DNA of 64,000 nt from assembly GCA_043228905.1 (NCBI GenBank), contig JBHGNT010000005.1, positions 3,410,001 through 3,474,000 on the forward strand. The letters run 5' to 3'. The stretch is from Azolla caroliniana (Eukaryota; Plantae; Polypodiophyta). This document shows, in pieces, positions 1 through 12,153 of this stretch. The translations under genes and the position numbers were made by a program. Position 1 is the stretch's first letter, and every line of letters starts with the position of its first letter. The notes beneath the pieces are model-generated. The model was not told the origin of the DNA. It saw only the letters and a list, made by a program, of their open reading frames with translations, and did no database searches.

Positions 1-2905
1 AATCCTTCCGGTTGCTGCATGTAGATCTCTTCTTCGAGGTCACCGTGAAGGAATGTCGTCTTCACGTCCATCTGTTCTACCTCGAGGTCCATGCTTGCCG
101 CTATGCTCAGCACCGTCCGGATGGAGGTCATCTTCACTACCGGGGCAAATATCTCGTCGAAGTCGACGCCCTTCTTTTGCTGGAACCCCTTCACCACGAT
201 CCTGGCTTTGTATCTCGGGGGGTTTCCGGCATCTCCCGGTTTCAGCTTGAACACCCACTTGTTTCGAAGTGCCCGTTTTCTTTCGGTAACTCCACAAGTT
301 CATATGTGTGGTTCTCATGCAGGGAATCCATCTCCTCCTGCATGGCACTTAACCACCTGCGGCTATGGGTGTCAAGCTTTGCTTCTTCAAAACTCTCCGG
401 CTCCCCCTCGTCGGTTAGCAGCACGTGCTCTGGTTCCGGAAATCTCCGGGGGGCCCTTCTCTCTCTTAGAGGATATCTCCGTTCCGGAGCTTCGGTAACC
501 GGCTCCTCCGTTTCCTCTTCACCCGAATCCATTTCGGGATCGGGGCCGGTTCCGGTATCAGTTTCATCTTCCTCGGCCGGTTCTGTTTCTTCACCGTCTT
601 CGGCCGGATCCTCGAGTGCTAACCGGTCCCTTGCCGGTCGGGACTGCTCCTCGTAGAGTTGATCCTCACCGGTCGACTTGGAGCTCTTCATCTTCTTCTC
701 CGACTCCCAGTCGGCGAGTGTCTTGTCCTCCATGAAGATGATATCCCGACTCCGGAATATCTTTTTGTCGACCGGGTCCCATACTCGGTAGCCGAACTCG
801 TCATCGCCGTAACCGAGGAATATGCATGGCCGGGTCTTTGGATCTAGCTTTCCTCTCCGGTCCTTTGCCACATGCACATATGCGAGACACCCGAACACCT
901 TCAGATGCCGGTAGGATACTTCCCTACCGGTCCACACTCTCTGCGGCGTGTCTCCATCCAGGGGTACTGAGGGTGATCTATTTATCACATATGTCGCCGT
1001 CGACATTGCCTCAGCCCAAAATCCCTTGGGTAATTTCGCATGCGCCAGCATACTCCGGACCCTCTCCATTATGGTCCGGTTCATCCTCTCGGCCAGCCCG
1101 TTCAGTTCCGGCGTCTTCGGCACAGTAAACTCGAGCCGGATTCCCTTCGAGCGACAGTACTCCTCGAACTGCCCCCGGTATTCCCCTCCGTTATCCGCTC
1201 GTATCGCTTTCAGCTTCTTGCCGGATTCCCTTTCCACTCTCGCGTGGAGTTCTTTGAAGACGCACAACACTTGGTCCTTTGTCTTCAACGGTGCCGTCCA
1301 CAGCTTCCGGCTGTGGTCATCAATGAATGTCACGAAGTACTGGGCTCCGCCATGTGACTTCGTTTCTACTTGACACACGTCAGTGTGCACCAACTCCAAT
1401 GGTGCGCTACGTCTCGTCGGTGGCCTTGAGTGGAAGGAGGTCCGGTTTTGCTTACCGGCCAGACAGTCGGTACACTTCCCCAAGTGTACGTGCTTTACCG
1501 GTATCAGGTTGTCTTCGGCAAGCCTCTTCATCCCCTTCTCGCTCATGTGGCACAGTCTCTTGTGCCACAGCTCACCGGCAATTTCAGCTGCCACGTTCAG
1601 CTCCTCCGGACATAGCCGGGAATTCATCAGGTACAGTGTGTTGACCTTCCGGGCCCGAGCCACTATCAGGCTCCCTTTGCTGAACTTCATGACACCGTTC
1701 CGGATGCTACCCGTGTAGCCTTCATCGTCTAGCCTCCCGGCCGAAATCAGGTTCAATCGAACCTCCGGAACGTGTCGGACATCCTTCAGCAGCATCTTGC
1801 ATCCGGTTGATGTCGTCAGCCACACGTCTCCTATGCCGGCAATCCGGCATGTACCTTCATTTCCCATCCGGACACAGCCGTGCTCACCGGCTGTATAGGA
1901 TGAGAAGTATTTCTTCTCCGGGGTCAGGTGGAACGACGCTCCGGAATCGACCACCCAGGTCATCTCTTCACCGGCAAGGTTCAGCTCCCTCTCTTCGGTA
2001 ATGAGCATTATCTCTTCTTCAATTGCCGCGAGTGCCGTCGTTCCTTTCCGGTCCTGCCCTCGCCGATCCGGACCTCTCCGGTCCGTGGCTCCCCGGTATG
2101 CACCGTTTCGCTCCGGTGACTTCTTCGAATCGGTACCGTCGGTTCCGTTGTCTTTCCGGAAATGCCGACAGTTCTTCTGGAAGTGCCCCGGCTTCCCACA
2201 GTAGAAGCATGCAGGTCTTCCCCTCGACTGCAACCGTGTCCCCGACTTCTCCCGTCTTTGCGGACTCCGGTTCCGTTGTCTTCCCCGTTCCGATTCGGTA
2301 AGCAGCGCCTTCGAGTCGGAGGCCGGTTCTTTATCTTTCCGACGCGCTTCTTCATTTAGAATACTTGTCTTTACCGTTAGTAAAGACAAGTTCTCTTCCT
2401 TACAGGAGGTGCTGAGAGTAACTACCAAGTTCTCCCAGCTCTCCGGAAGGGTACACATCAGCATGATGGCTTGCATTGCGTCATCCAACGGGAACTTGAT
2501 CGCCGCAAGCTGGTTCACGAATCCCATGAACGTGCTGACGTGTTCGACCATGCTCTCGCCGTCCCGGTACTTAAGATTCACTATCTTTCTCATCAGGGAG
2601 GTTCGGGTCAGAGCATTCTTCCTCTCATACAGTCCGGACAGCTTCTGCCACATCTCATAGGCGTTCGTATCGTTCGCCACATGTTGCAGGACACTTACAT
2701 CGACATATTGCCGGATCGTCGCTACGGCTTTCCGGTTCATGAGCTTCCACTCCGACTCTATTACCCCCTTGGGTATCTCGGCATTGTCGATCGGTTCGTA
2801 CAGGTCTCGGACGATGAGAAGGTCTTCCATCTTTATCTTCCAGTCGGCGTAGTTCTGTGAGTTCAACACCATCATGCCCGGAGGCCCACTACCGCCGCCT
2901 TCCAT
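1..2905 (-). pseudogene. Copia A gag-pol, frameshifted at the start of RT
   Basis: ORF 242..2905 has a zinc knuckle (CFYCGKPGHFQKNC), PR (WVVDSGAS) and INT (HKRLCH, VHTD, RADNGGE, NGLAER). It has a 1-nt deletion at ~276-280 relative to D (GCCCGTTTTCTTTCGG vs GCCCGCTTTCCTTTCGG). RT continues in another frame to the window edge. Confidence 0.9.
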
Positions 2906-2936
2906 TTTCTGTGTTACCGTCGCTCTGATACCACTT

Positions 2937-3605
2937 TGTTAAACACAGTGCTCGGCCACAACCGAGGAATAGGATTAACTCACAGAAAACAGGAAATACA
3001 AAATGCACGAAGACAATAGAGGGAAGAGTACACAGGATGTTTTACGTGGAAAACCCTAAATGGGAAAAACCACGGGAGTCCTCAAACTCCAACTATCACT
3101 ATAAACAGAGATGTACAATGGTGAAGCTACAAGGCAACAACCTTGAGCTCACTGTCTTCGCCACAGGCGGCGGTAATACACAGAGGCAACGACCTCTTCG
3201 TCTCTCTCTCTCCCTCTCTCTCTCTCGGCTGCTCACTTAGCTCCCTCTAAGTGGAAAATCAGAAAAATGAGTAACAGCATGTAAACTGTTTGCCCTAAGT
3301 CATATTTATACACATATGACTTTCGGGCCATTTACAAATATAGCCTCAAGGGCCCTTGGCAAACATATTCACAAATATGTCCCCGCATCCGGATCTCTCT
3401 CCGGGTACATTCGTCATCCGGCTCCGTAACCGGGGTCTTCATCATCCGGCTCCGTAGCCGGGGTCTTCATCATCCGGCTCCGTAGCCGGGTACTCTTCAT
3501 CCGGCTTCATGCCGGGTACTCTTCATCCTCCGGTTCCGTAACCGCAACCGGGCTTGCCGTTATTCATCTCCGGACATCCCATCCGGAGGGACCGAAATCC
3601 CAACA
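2937..3605 (-). repeat. 5' LTR of copia A (669 bp)
   Basis: TG...CA ends, adjacent PBS, homologous to the D LTRs, with short tandem repeats in U3. Confidence 0.93.
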
Positions 3606-5276
3606 AAAGGGACTTCTCCAACGTGCACAATTGGGTGAGGAGTGTTGTCTCCGATTTCGACTACTCCTGGTTGATCCGGTTTCTCCAAAAAGGAGAACCA
3701 CTCTTTGTGGTTCGTCATGTGGTTCGACGCACCAAAATCAACATACCACACTTCCTCCAATTTGGAAGTGGTCTTCTTCATTGAGTTCGCCTTGTGCTTC
3801 ATCACCAAGGCTGGCCCGTTACCGTTCTTGGATCCTCCCGATCCCTTCGCGTAGTGTGAGCTTTGTTGACCATCCTTGCCGGCCTTGCCGGATCCGGATT
3901 TGTCCGAATCAGCGCGTTTTCTCCAGCACTCGCTTTCTCTGTGGCCCTTTTTGCCATAGTACCAGCATTCCGTTGTAGATTTGTCTTGCCGGCCTCCGAC
4001 ACCAACTTGACTCCCCCTGCCTGTGGAAGTCTCGGAACTGTTGTCGGCACGTTCTCTGTGCCTTCGTTCTTGCTCTTGCCGTCCGCCTCCATTGCGTGCC
4101 GAGCCGCCTCGTCCACCACGCCCACGGGACCGATCCGCTTCCGTGTACAACATCTGGTTGTCAATGGGTGCGCTAGTTGACGCACCGGCGTGGTTCTCCT
4201 CTACAAGGAGCATCGACTGTAAGTCGAAAAATGACGACATATTCTCCCTTGTACATACCGTCGTTCGGAACACTCTGAACTTAGACGCCAGGCCCCCGAG
4301 ACAGACCTGTACCATCTCGTCTTCCTCTACGATAACATTGATAGAGGCAAGCGAGTCATAGATCTCTTTGATCCGGGCCGTGTAATCTGCCACCGACACG
4401 TCCTTCAGTCGGACATTGCTTAACTCCTGTCGGAGTTGCAGCTTCCGGGCTGTAGTGCTCGCGGCGAAAACCTTCTTCAGGTTTCCCCAAGCCTCCTTCG
4501 GCGTCTTGGCGTCTCGGATGTGGCTCAACAACTGGTCTCCAACACTGGACGCGAAGCAGTACATCACTCTGCTTGCCGATTGTTCCCACATTGGGAAGTC
4601 CTTATGTGTCGCATTAGGTGTTGTTTCGTTGGCTCCTTCGACGAAACTCCAATAGCCATGCCCAAGCAGGTACTGGTGCATCTTATACGACCAAGATGCA
4701 TAGTTGGATCTGTCGAGTTTCTCCTCAGGGAGCGAGCTAGCCATTCCTCTATCCATCACTTCTCTGTCTTCTGTTTTACGACCTGTTAGGGTTTGTTTTC
4801 AAGCGTTTGTCGGTTGCAGAGGAGGTTGTCAACCCCCGCGCTTTGATACCATGTAAACGATTACTTGCGGAAGCATTAGAAGCGTTAGAAAATAGAGAAG
4901 GTAGGGAATACACAAAGTACACAGGAGTGACAGAGAGAGCAGAACTTCAAGGCTATATTCAAAAACGATAAAAAAACACTCTGTACATACAACTATGCTC
5001 AGTAGCATTATTTATACAAGTCCTCGTGGGACTGACAAAAGTACCGCGTACTTCAATGCTCACATGAGCATCTGGCACTTACTACGAGACTATAATTGCC
5101 TAGTAGTCTAAACTAATATTAGGCTTCCGGTTACCGATTGGATTCGGCTAATTGGCTCCCCAGCTCACTGGCTCTGTTGCTTGTCGGCTCGGTTGCTCAC
5201 GGCTTACCGATCCGTCTCGCTTGCCGGCTCAGGCATTTTCAGCCGATCCGGCTCCAGTTGAGCTTGCCGCTCAACA
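3606..5276 (-). mobile_element. Older Ty1/copia element G (5' LTR, gag, protease), interrupted by A
   Basis: LTR 4852-5276 (TGTAAACG...CTCAACA). iMet-type PBS TGGTATCAAAGC at ~4840-4851. ORF from 4759 has the copia gag N-terminus (KLDRSNYASWSYKM), a degenerate zinc knuckle (CWYYGKKGHRESEC) and PR (WYVDFGASNHMT), and is cut at 3606. Confidence 0.88.
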
Positions 5277-6102
5277 TGGTTGCTAGGTATTTGAAACATG
5301 TGAAACTATGTGTTGTCTTGAGCTAGTGTATTGTAGTGAGTGCAAGTCTTTGTTTCAGTTAGAGTTCTCGCTTGTTATCGTATGTCATGCCAGATTATCG
5401 TACACCCTTTGATAATTGGTGAAAGGGGCATGAGTGGTCGTCATGGATTCATGAGCCACTTATATATATGTATGTATGTATGTATGTATATGTATACACA
5501 ACACACACAATGCTTTATATGAAATTTTCCTATGCTATCTTGAACACATCTCTTAACTAAAGCTAACTAATGCCTCAATCAAGGCTTAGGCAGTATATGG
5601 CTAATAACATATAATAATGCACACTGTCAATGCCATATTTGTTATTTCTTGACTATTCATAATCTTTGTGCATGAAAGGAATGTGTCATGTTAGTGAACC
5701 AATCCACAACAAAGGGAATGATGTCAAAAACCTTTGGAAGATGGAAGATTGGAAATGAAATCCGAAGACATAGGCTTCCATGAACCCACATAAGAACTAA
5801 TAAGGTTGTAGTAACCCATGTGCTTGATGTTGAGGACACATTGACTTGACAATATGCATAACTACGAATGTAGTCCCCAACATAGTTTACAAAGTTGTGA
5901 CCACCAATAACTTTGAGAAACTAAATCCAAAGTCTTGCAAACTCCAAAATGCCATCTATTGGCATGTCATGGAACAATATCAAGAACATCAAGTAATTAT
6001 TTTGAAGAAGCAAATTGTCATGCCAATAGAACTCATTGTAATCTTTGTGAGAACCCTTAGACCTCAAACAAAAAACATGATATGGTATAATGTGATCAAG
6101 GT

Positions 6103-7575
6103 TGTTAGGTACGTTAGATACAATACATATACCATACGTATATAACATATTAATACGTGCATAGTACCTCCTAGTTTAAAAATATGTTAAATACTTATAA
6201 TATATGTATTTAATGTATAGTACGGTAAATAGTTCTAAATTTTGAAATTTATTTACCTTTCTAAAAAATATTTGTAATATTGTAAAAAGCATCTATATTT
6301 ACACAATTTTGTGATGTACATTATAGTTCTACATCCTAAAATGCATATAAGACATTTAAACATTTCACATCCTAAAATACTTATAATATGGATGTCGACA
6401 ATCACTTATTCTATAAATCAGTGTAAGTGTGTAACATTATGTTCTACCTTAAATTGTAATTATTTACGATTATGCCTTCATAGATTGAGGAATCGTCTAC
6501 GATTATCACACTTCGGATAGGTTTCTGTGTTCTTTTCTCTCTTCTTCATCATCTTCTTCTTTTTCTATCTTCTGTGATTATCACACTCAGAGTCAGGACA
6601 TGTTTCTGACTTCTTTTCTCTCTTTTTCTTCTTCGTCGTTATATCTTTCGTTCTTTTTTTTCACTCAAATCTTTCTTTATTTTGCTTTTTGTTCGGATTT
6701 TACTTAATTTTTTTTATAAATACGCATTATACATGTTTTTTCAAATGTACGTTAAATACCGTATTGGACAAATGTACATGATATTTAACTGAACAACATT
6801 GAGGTATAGTACGTACGTATTTAAACGTTAAATACGGGTACGTTGTCGTAGTGTATTTCGTACACTACGTGAAAAATGTATAAAAGACCCGATTCAATAA
6901 ATATGAAGAAAATGAAGGAAATATTAAAATATATATTACATGCATAGGGCAAGATTCAAACCTTGTACCTCTATGTTAATAATTTGGATCCTTACCATTA
7001 CACTAACTAGTAACACTCATGAATACTAAAGAAGTAAATATCCCACATAAAAACCTTACTTCACGCATATTTTCTAGAAAAAAGCTTTAGTTAGAAGAAA
7101 AAAGTTACACATGCACATCTAGCGTGCATGAACACTATAGTCGATAAAAAATGCATGAGGTTAGAAAAAGCATGTTATTGAAAGCATATAGTCTATAGAT
7201 AGAGAAAGCATGGAGTCCATATTTAGAAAAAAAACATGGATTGCTAAGACTCTCTCATCACTATATAAGGATGGGGAGCACAATGTAATGTGTGTGGAAT
7301 ATTTGGAAATTGGATATGTTTCTAAATACCGATGAATAAACTATACTAGTGGGATTCACAAGGTTTCTATATTCTTCTCTTTCAAACTAAATTCATATTC
7401 TTATCTTAATATTGATAATATGATACAATACACTCGTGGGATTCACGAGGTTCCATATCTCTTTCTTACAAATGATTCACATTACTATTTTTCTTAAAAT
7501 TCTCCTCCTCCTAGTCCAAAACCCCAGCGGTTCCCACCTGACTCACGCAACGATCTGACGTCGAAAGGCACGACA
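6103..7575 (+). mobile_element. Probable degenerate solo LTR of family F, containing a MITE
   Basis: Begins TGT/(MITE)/CGTGAAAAA and ends GCACGACA. TATA (CTATATAAGG) at 7261. The 3' motif CTAGTCCAAAACCCCAGCGG is shared with the LTRs at 8953-9638 and 30858-31579. Flanks are AGGT/ACGT. Confidence 0.5.
6106..6867. mobile_element. AT-rich non-autonomous DNA transposon (MITE-like) with degenerate ~65-bp TIRs
   Basis: TAGGTACG...ATAGTACCTC (6106-6170) is an imperfect inverse of GAGGTATAGTACG...CGTACACTA (6801-6867). TA occurs at both ends. Confidence 0.5.
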
Positions 7576-8952
7576 ACGTAAACAACCATGAATGTGATTC
7601 AAGACATCTCATGCAAATTCTAGCTACACCAATATCGCTACTCATGGAATCAATAATAGTTGAAATCGTGGGTGCTTTTAAGGAGCTAGTTGCCATCAAC
7701 CATAAAAAATTAGGACCCAACATAGATCAAGCGAAAATTAAGGAGCTACAACAGCACATCATAACAATGTCCAATTAGGAGTGTAACTCTACTAATGATG
7801 AATACCAGTGGAACTACAGGGCTCTACTCTAATGGCAGGTCAACTAATGAAGCCAATATTGAGTTACTTTTCTGCAAATTATTCTAGGAAGTGTCATTCT
7901 AAAAATTTGTTATTTACCCTCTTTTATAGAGTAAGTTAGGGAGGAACAAGGTTATCAATCACATTGTTGTTCACATGTACATCATTAAGTTTGATGGTTG
8001 CATCAAGTATTTCCTTACATATCATTTAATTGCTAACTACAAGATATCTCTCTTCTTTTAGAGTTATCAGTGACCAGCGACACATTTACAATACCTTTGA
8101 GTGGCGATGTCAAACGACAAGGGTATGTTCACAATGTCAAGGGGTTGACAAGCATGGGTAGGTGGCGGACCAATAGAAGAATTTGCAAGGTGCGGAGGAG
8201 CATACAAGTTTTGGCTAAAAACATTCAAGACAACTCCTTGTATCCCGTATCAACCTCCAATGAGAACTCGATCACTTCATCAAATGTCTAGGAAGTACAC
8301 AACCCAATTGACCACTTGGTGATTGTCTGCTCAAATGCGTCAATGCCTAAATCCTTCAATACCAATGGTGATTACATCAACTGTGTGTTGTGCGAAATGA
8401 TCGTGGGCTTAGCTCGCTCACGATCACATTGATTCATTCTAAGGTGATCCTCCACATAGAAGGATTTGATGACCAACCATTCATTGTTGCATCTTTCTTT
8501 GGATTGTGCATGTGTGGGCCTATTTGTCTTGGGTTGGATCTACACCTTAATGTGTCATTCCTTGTGTTCCTTGAATACATACATACATACATACATATTG
8601 GTGTTCGTGGCCGTGAAGTTGTTGGCATTCCACGAGTTGGGTGTTGGTTGTGTCAGTTGCAAGGGTGACTCACGTGTGGGGGCTGCTAAGGTTATACGTC
8701 CTAGTGGCCAACATGTAGGCAAATGGTACTAATGATGGTTGGCTCATGCAATGATAACAAACAATGATGATGAATCATGATGGTGGGAAGCCAAAAGCTA
8801 GAGTTGTAAGAACAATGCCTTGCTTTTCTTGTACTTGAGTCATTCCCATTCCATTAAGACCAATCTTCATGTAAAGGATATTGAGATGGTGGCCCCATGG
8901 AGGAAAAGAGGTGTGTGCGGTGGATTCCATTGCTACACGTGGGGCACTAGAG

Positions 8953-9638
8953 TGGCGAATTAGGCGCGTGCGTGGAGAACAAGGCGGGACCACTGGGGTC
9001 TTGGACCGAGGAATAGGTGAGGAAAAGAGAGAGAGAGAGAGAGAGACGCTCACTCACGTATAGACAAAGAAGCGCACGGGGACGCGTCACAACAACACAG
9101 GAGACGCGAGTTGAGAACACTAGAGTGTGTATGTAAATATAGGCATGTATTTTGTATGTATGCAGACGACTCGAACGGTTACAGCCGACCAGGTCGGCGA
9201 GGTGGGTGCCGACGCCTGATCACCCACGCACACAGGAGAGCAAGATGGAGATTCTGCCGGAAGCACACGAGTGTTCCACGGAGCAGAATCAGCCTCCTGA
9301 GAACCTGCGCAAAAGAAAGCTATGGAGAACGACAGAGAAGAAGAGCTCGGTCCCAGTCCGACAACACTTCGTTCCTTCTAGCGCGCGATCCCTTCTCTCC
9401 CCCGTCTCCCTCTCTTTTATAGCTCAAGGAGGGAGGCCGTTTCACCCGTTTACATCACATTAATTCTCTGTCCTTTCGGACAGAGATACTCCTCGATTTA
9501 CCTTACAGAATATTGCTACCTGGGATTTAACCTTTGTGCCTACCTATCTACTATATGACAAGGGACGTGCCCACGTGTAAGGGCTGGTTCACACACACTA
9601 TACACGGTTTGCGCCCGGGGACGGTTTTCTTCACGACA
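8953..9638 (-). mobile_element. LTR of family F inserted in gypsy B; its internal region is truncated after ~70 bp
   Basis: On the minus strand it starts TGTCGTGAAGAA, the same as 30858. It ends ...CTCCACGCACGCGCCTAATTCGCCA. It interrupts B's reading frame (GPLVVDQHNPTITVILHG|) just before the protease. Confidence 0.75.
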
Positions 9639-11745
9639 CCATGCAATATTACTGTAATAGTTGGGTTGTGCTGATCCACCACCAGTGGTCCATCGCTGAC
9701 GTTTGTTAGGTTTGTGGCGACGCTTGCCCCGGGTATGCCCGCCGCCTATGCTTCCATGGTCTGGCGGAAACGTGGAACTAGCTGTAGCAGTTTTTCCATG
9801 GTTAACGTTATTTCACAACCTGCTAACACCTGCCAAATGGGGTTCGGACCCGGTCTTTCGTTCTTTGTTCGCTCCATTGTGCTCGCGGACTCCTGCCGCA
9901 TACGTTCCGTATTGGTCGCGTTTGCTTTTTCCACCCACACTTGGGCTTGTCAACGTACCTCGTCTTGCGCAGCCCAATCCGCCGTTTTTGTTTGCTGGCG
10001 TGTCATGACTTGTTGCACCTCCGCCATAATCGTATTGACAGTGGGCCCCTTTCCCTTGCGTGTTGGGCATTGCGTGGCATAATGTCCGGGTTGCTGACAA
10101 ATAAACCAATGGATATTTGATTCTCCCTTCTCGGCTCCAGGTGGTGTGTGCCGCTCTCCGGGTGCTACTTGCTCTTCGCGGTCCGGCCTCGTTTGTCGGA
10201 ACGTACGCGGTGGCTGTTGTTGGTCCCGTCGTTGTTCCTGGTGCCGCTCATCCCCCGAGCTTTCGTCGTAACGTCGATGATCCCTGTATTGTCATGGCTT
10301 ACCCCGATAGCCATTGAAGTTGCCCCATTTGTTTGTCGGTCGTTGATTCTCGTAGCGTCGACCCCCTTTGGCGTAACTCGGATGTCCACGATAATCCTCG
10401 TCCTCTGGGTCGTCCTCCTCGGAATCGTTGTGATTGTGATTCCGGCGATTCCGGTTGTACGGGTCCTCCCGCGGGTTGCGATCCTTATACCGGGGTCAGT
10501 CTTCTTGCCTCCTTTGTTCAGCCCGGTGCGGTTGACGTTGTGTGTCCATGCTGCGGACTGCGGGAGTGGCTCTGTTTAACATATTGTACTCGCATTGGTC
10601 GACTGTGTGAGCCTTCGAGTGGCGGATTGGGCAGTGGATTCGCATATTGCACTCCACTGCGGAATGCCCCGAGTTCAAGCAAATCGTGCACTGGATTGCT
10701 TGACAAAATTGGCGTTCCTCATCTTGAGGTAACGCTTGTCGTAAGGAGGACATAGAAAACCGTTCCTCCTCGTCATCCAACTCGAGCTATAACACTCGTT
10801 CAATTACCATATCCGCCGTTTCCCCTTTCACGCTATTGTTGTTGAGCGTTTCCCAGATGGGCCGACGTAAGGCTGCCAGAAATGTTTCCCGAGCCTCTTC
10901 CTCCGCGGGGCTTCGTTCCAGTTTCCGTCGTAAATTTTGGAAACGCAAGCTGAAGTCCGCTATCTTCTCGGTCGGTAGTTGCTTAATTGTATAAAACTAC
11001 CCGAGAATCTCGCGTTGTGGGACCCTCCGATGGAAGAATCGCAAGAAAGCGGACTGCAGTTGATCGAAGGTTGTTATGGCTGGTAAATCCATCTGTGAAT
11101 GCAAAAACGCCACACGCCCATCTAGTGTTAATCCGAACTCCGTCATTTTCGATTGGTGTACCACCGTCTCAGAGAGATTCACATTCCAGACATTCAGGAA
11201 CATGCGAATATGTGTTGCGGCGTCGGTTTCGTCGTTAAATCGGGGGTAGGCAAAGGCCATAGTGGGAGCTACGGCGGATCGGGAAAGACCACCGGGTGGC
11301 TGTGGTGAGCGTGGTCCCCGCATCTTGTCGAGGTATTTGGGGAGCGAAGAATCCCCTTTGCACTCACGGCAGGTAGTACTGAGGTCGCTAAGGCGCAGCC
11401 TTTGCCGTGCGCGTTCTTCTACCTGGCGTGTGACGGACCTTGTTATTGGTCGGTCTTGTCGTGTTGGTTCTCTGGATCGTCTGCGGCTAAACATCCATTC
11501 GTTGTTGCTCATCTGTGAGGAAACACAGATCACCAAGCGTGCCAAAAGTGTTACCGTTTAGGAACACGGTCCGCGGCCAGTCCTTCGACCTAGACCTCAA
11601 GTGGGTGTGGAACAACGAATAGGTGTATAAGCGTAATGCGTAAGGGTAGAACCCCTGTAACCTATTAGCGTATAAGGGAAGACGGCTACAACCGAATCCC
11701 TATTAAGGGTTACACTTACATACTACAACGCTTAAGTATTCAAGA

Positions 11746-12135
11746 TGTTGTCTGCCTGGCCGGACTAGCCTCAACACAGGTGTCTATCCGACACTTCTCC
11801 AAAGGGGTGGTAAGGATTGGATGCTAGGTTACACGCGTAAGATGATTACAATTAAGCACAGACGGTAAACAATACGAAGATACAGATAAACACGCAATAA
11901 TTACTATTGTATTACTTCCGTCCAACCCTTTACAATTCATCGGATCCTTTTATAGGCATCCGGCAAGGTTACAATCGGTGCGCTTAGGCAACCGACATCC
12001 GAATCGGTCCGGATCCGGATCGGTACAACTGTACCGAATCCGTCCCTCCGAATAATAATTCTACTATTATCTACTTCCTATTATCCGATCCGACTCCGCC
12101 TTCCCACTTGTCCTTGCTCTTCTGACCGACCAACA
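11746..12135 (-). repeat. 3' LTR of gypsy C
   Basis: Direct repeat of 26979-27368. The minus-strand TATA (CCTATAAAAGG) fixes the orientation. Confidence 0.95.
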
Positions 12136-12137
12136 CA

Positions 12138-12153
12138 TGGCACGCCCGTGGGA
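12138..12153 (-). other. tRNA-Arg 3'-end-like sequence (inverted PBS) at the position where the PPT is expected
   Basis: The sense strand reads TCCCACGGGCGTGCCA-TG-[TGTTGG LTR]. The + strand reads TGGCACGCCCGTGGGA, close to the tRNA-Arg PBS TGGCACGCCC(A/G)GTGGGAC of plant gypsy elements. No purine tract abuts the LTR. Confidence 0.8.

Larger units (their letters stand above)
1..3605 (-). mobile_element. Ty1/copia element A (Tnt1/Tork-like); 3' part lies outside the window
   Basis: 5' LTR 2937-3605 (TGTT...AACA). tRNA-iMet PBS is the reverse complement of CGCTCTGATACCA at 2921-2933. Domain order gag-PR-INT-RT. Same family as element D. Right flank AAAGG is the candidate TSD. Confidence 0.95.
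5277..7830 (-). pseudogene. Heavily decayed Ty3/gypsy pol (RH-INT linker and integrase), split by a solo LTR
   Basis: Fragments resembling gypsy integrase: FDIIPFVVDWFTNMTHSF (cf. VVDRFTKMAHF) and FYWHDNLL...HDMPIDG (cf. HD.P.AGH). Linker-like ORF 7511..7723. Many stops and frameshifts. Confidence 0.55.

Noticed and set aside
12-2860. Many overlapping + strand ORFs opposite gag-pol (also throughout 12-27 kb)
   Set aside because: They are antisense shadows of GC-rich coding sequence.
3560-3605. C-terminus of the 399-aa ORF
   Set aside because: It is read-through from copia G protease into the LTR of A. The C-terminus of ORF 23964..25097 is the same artefact.
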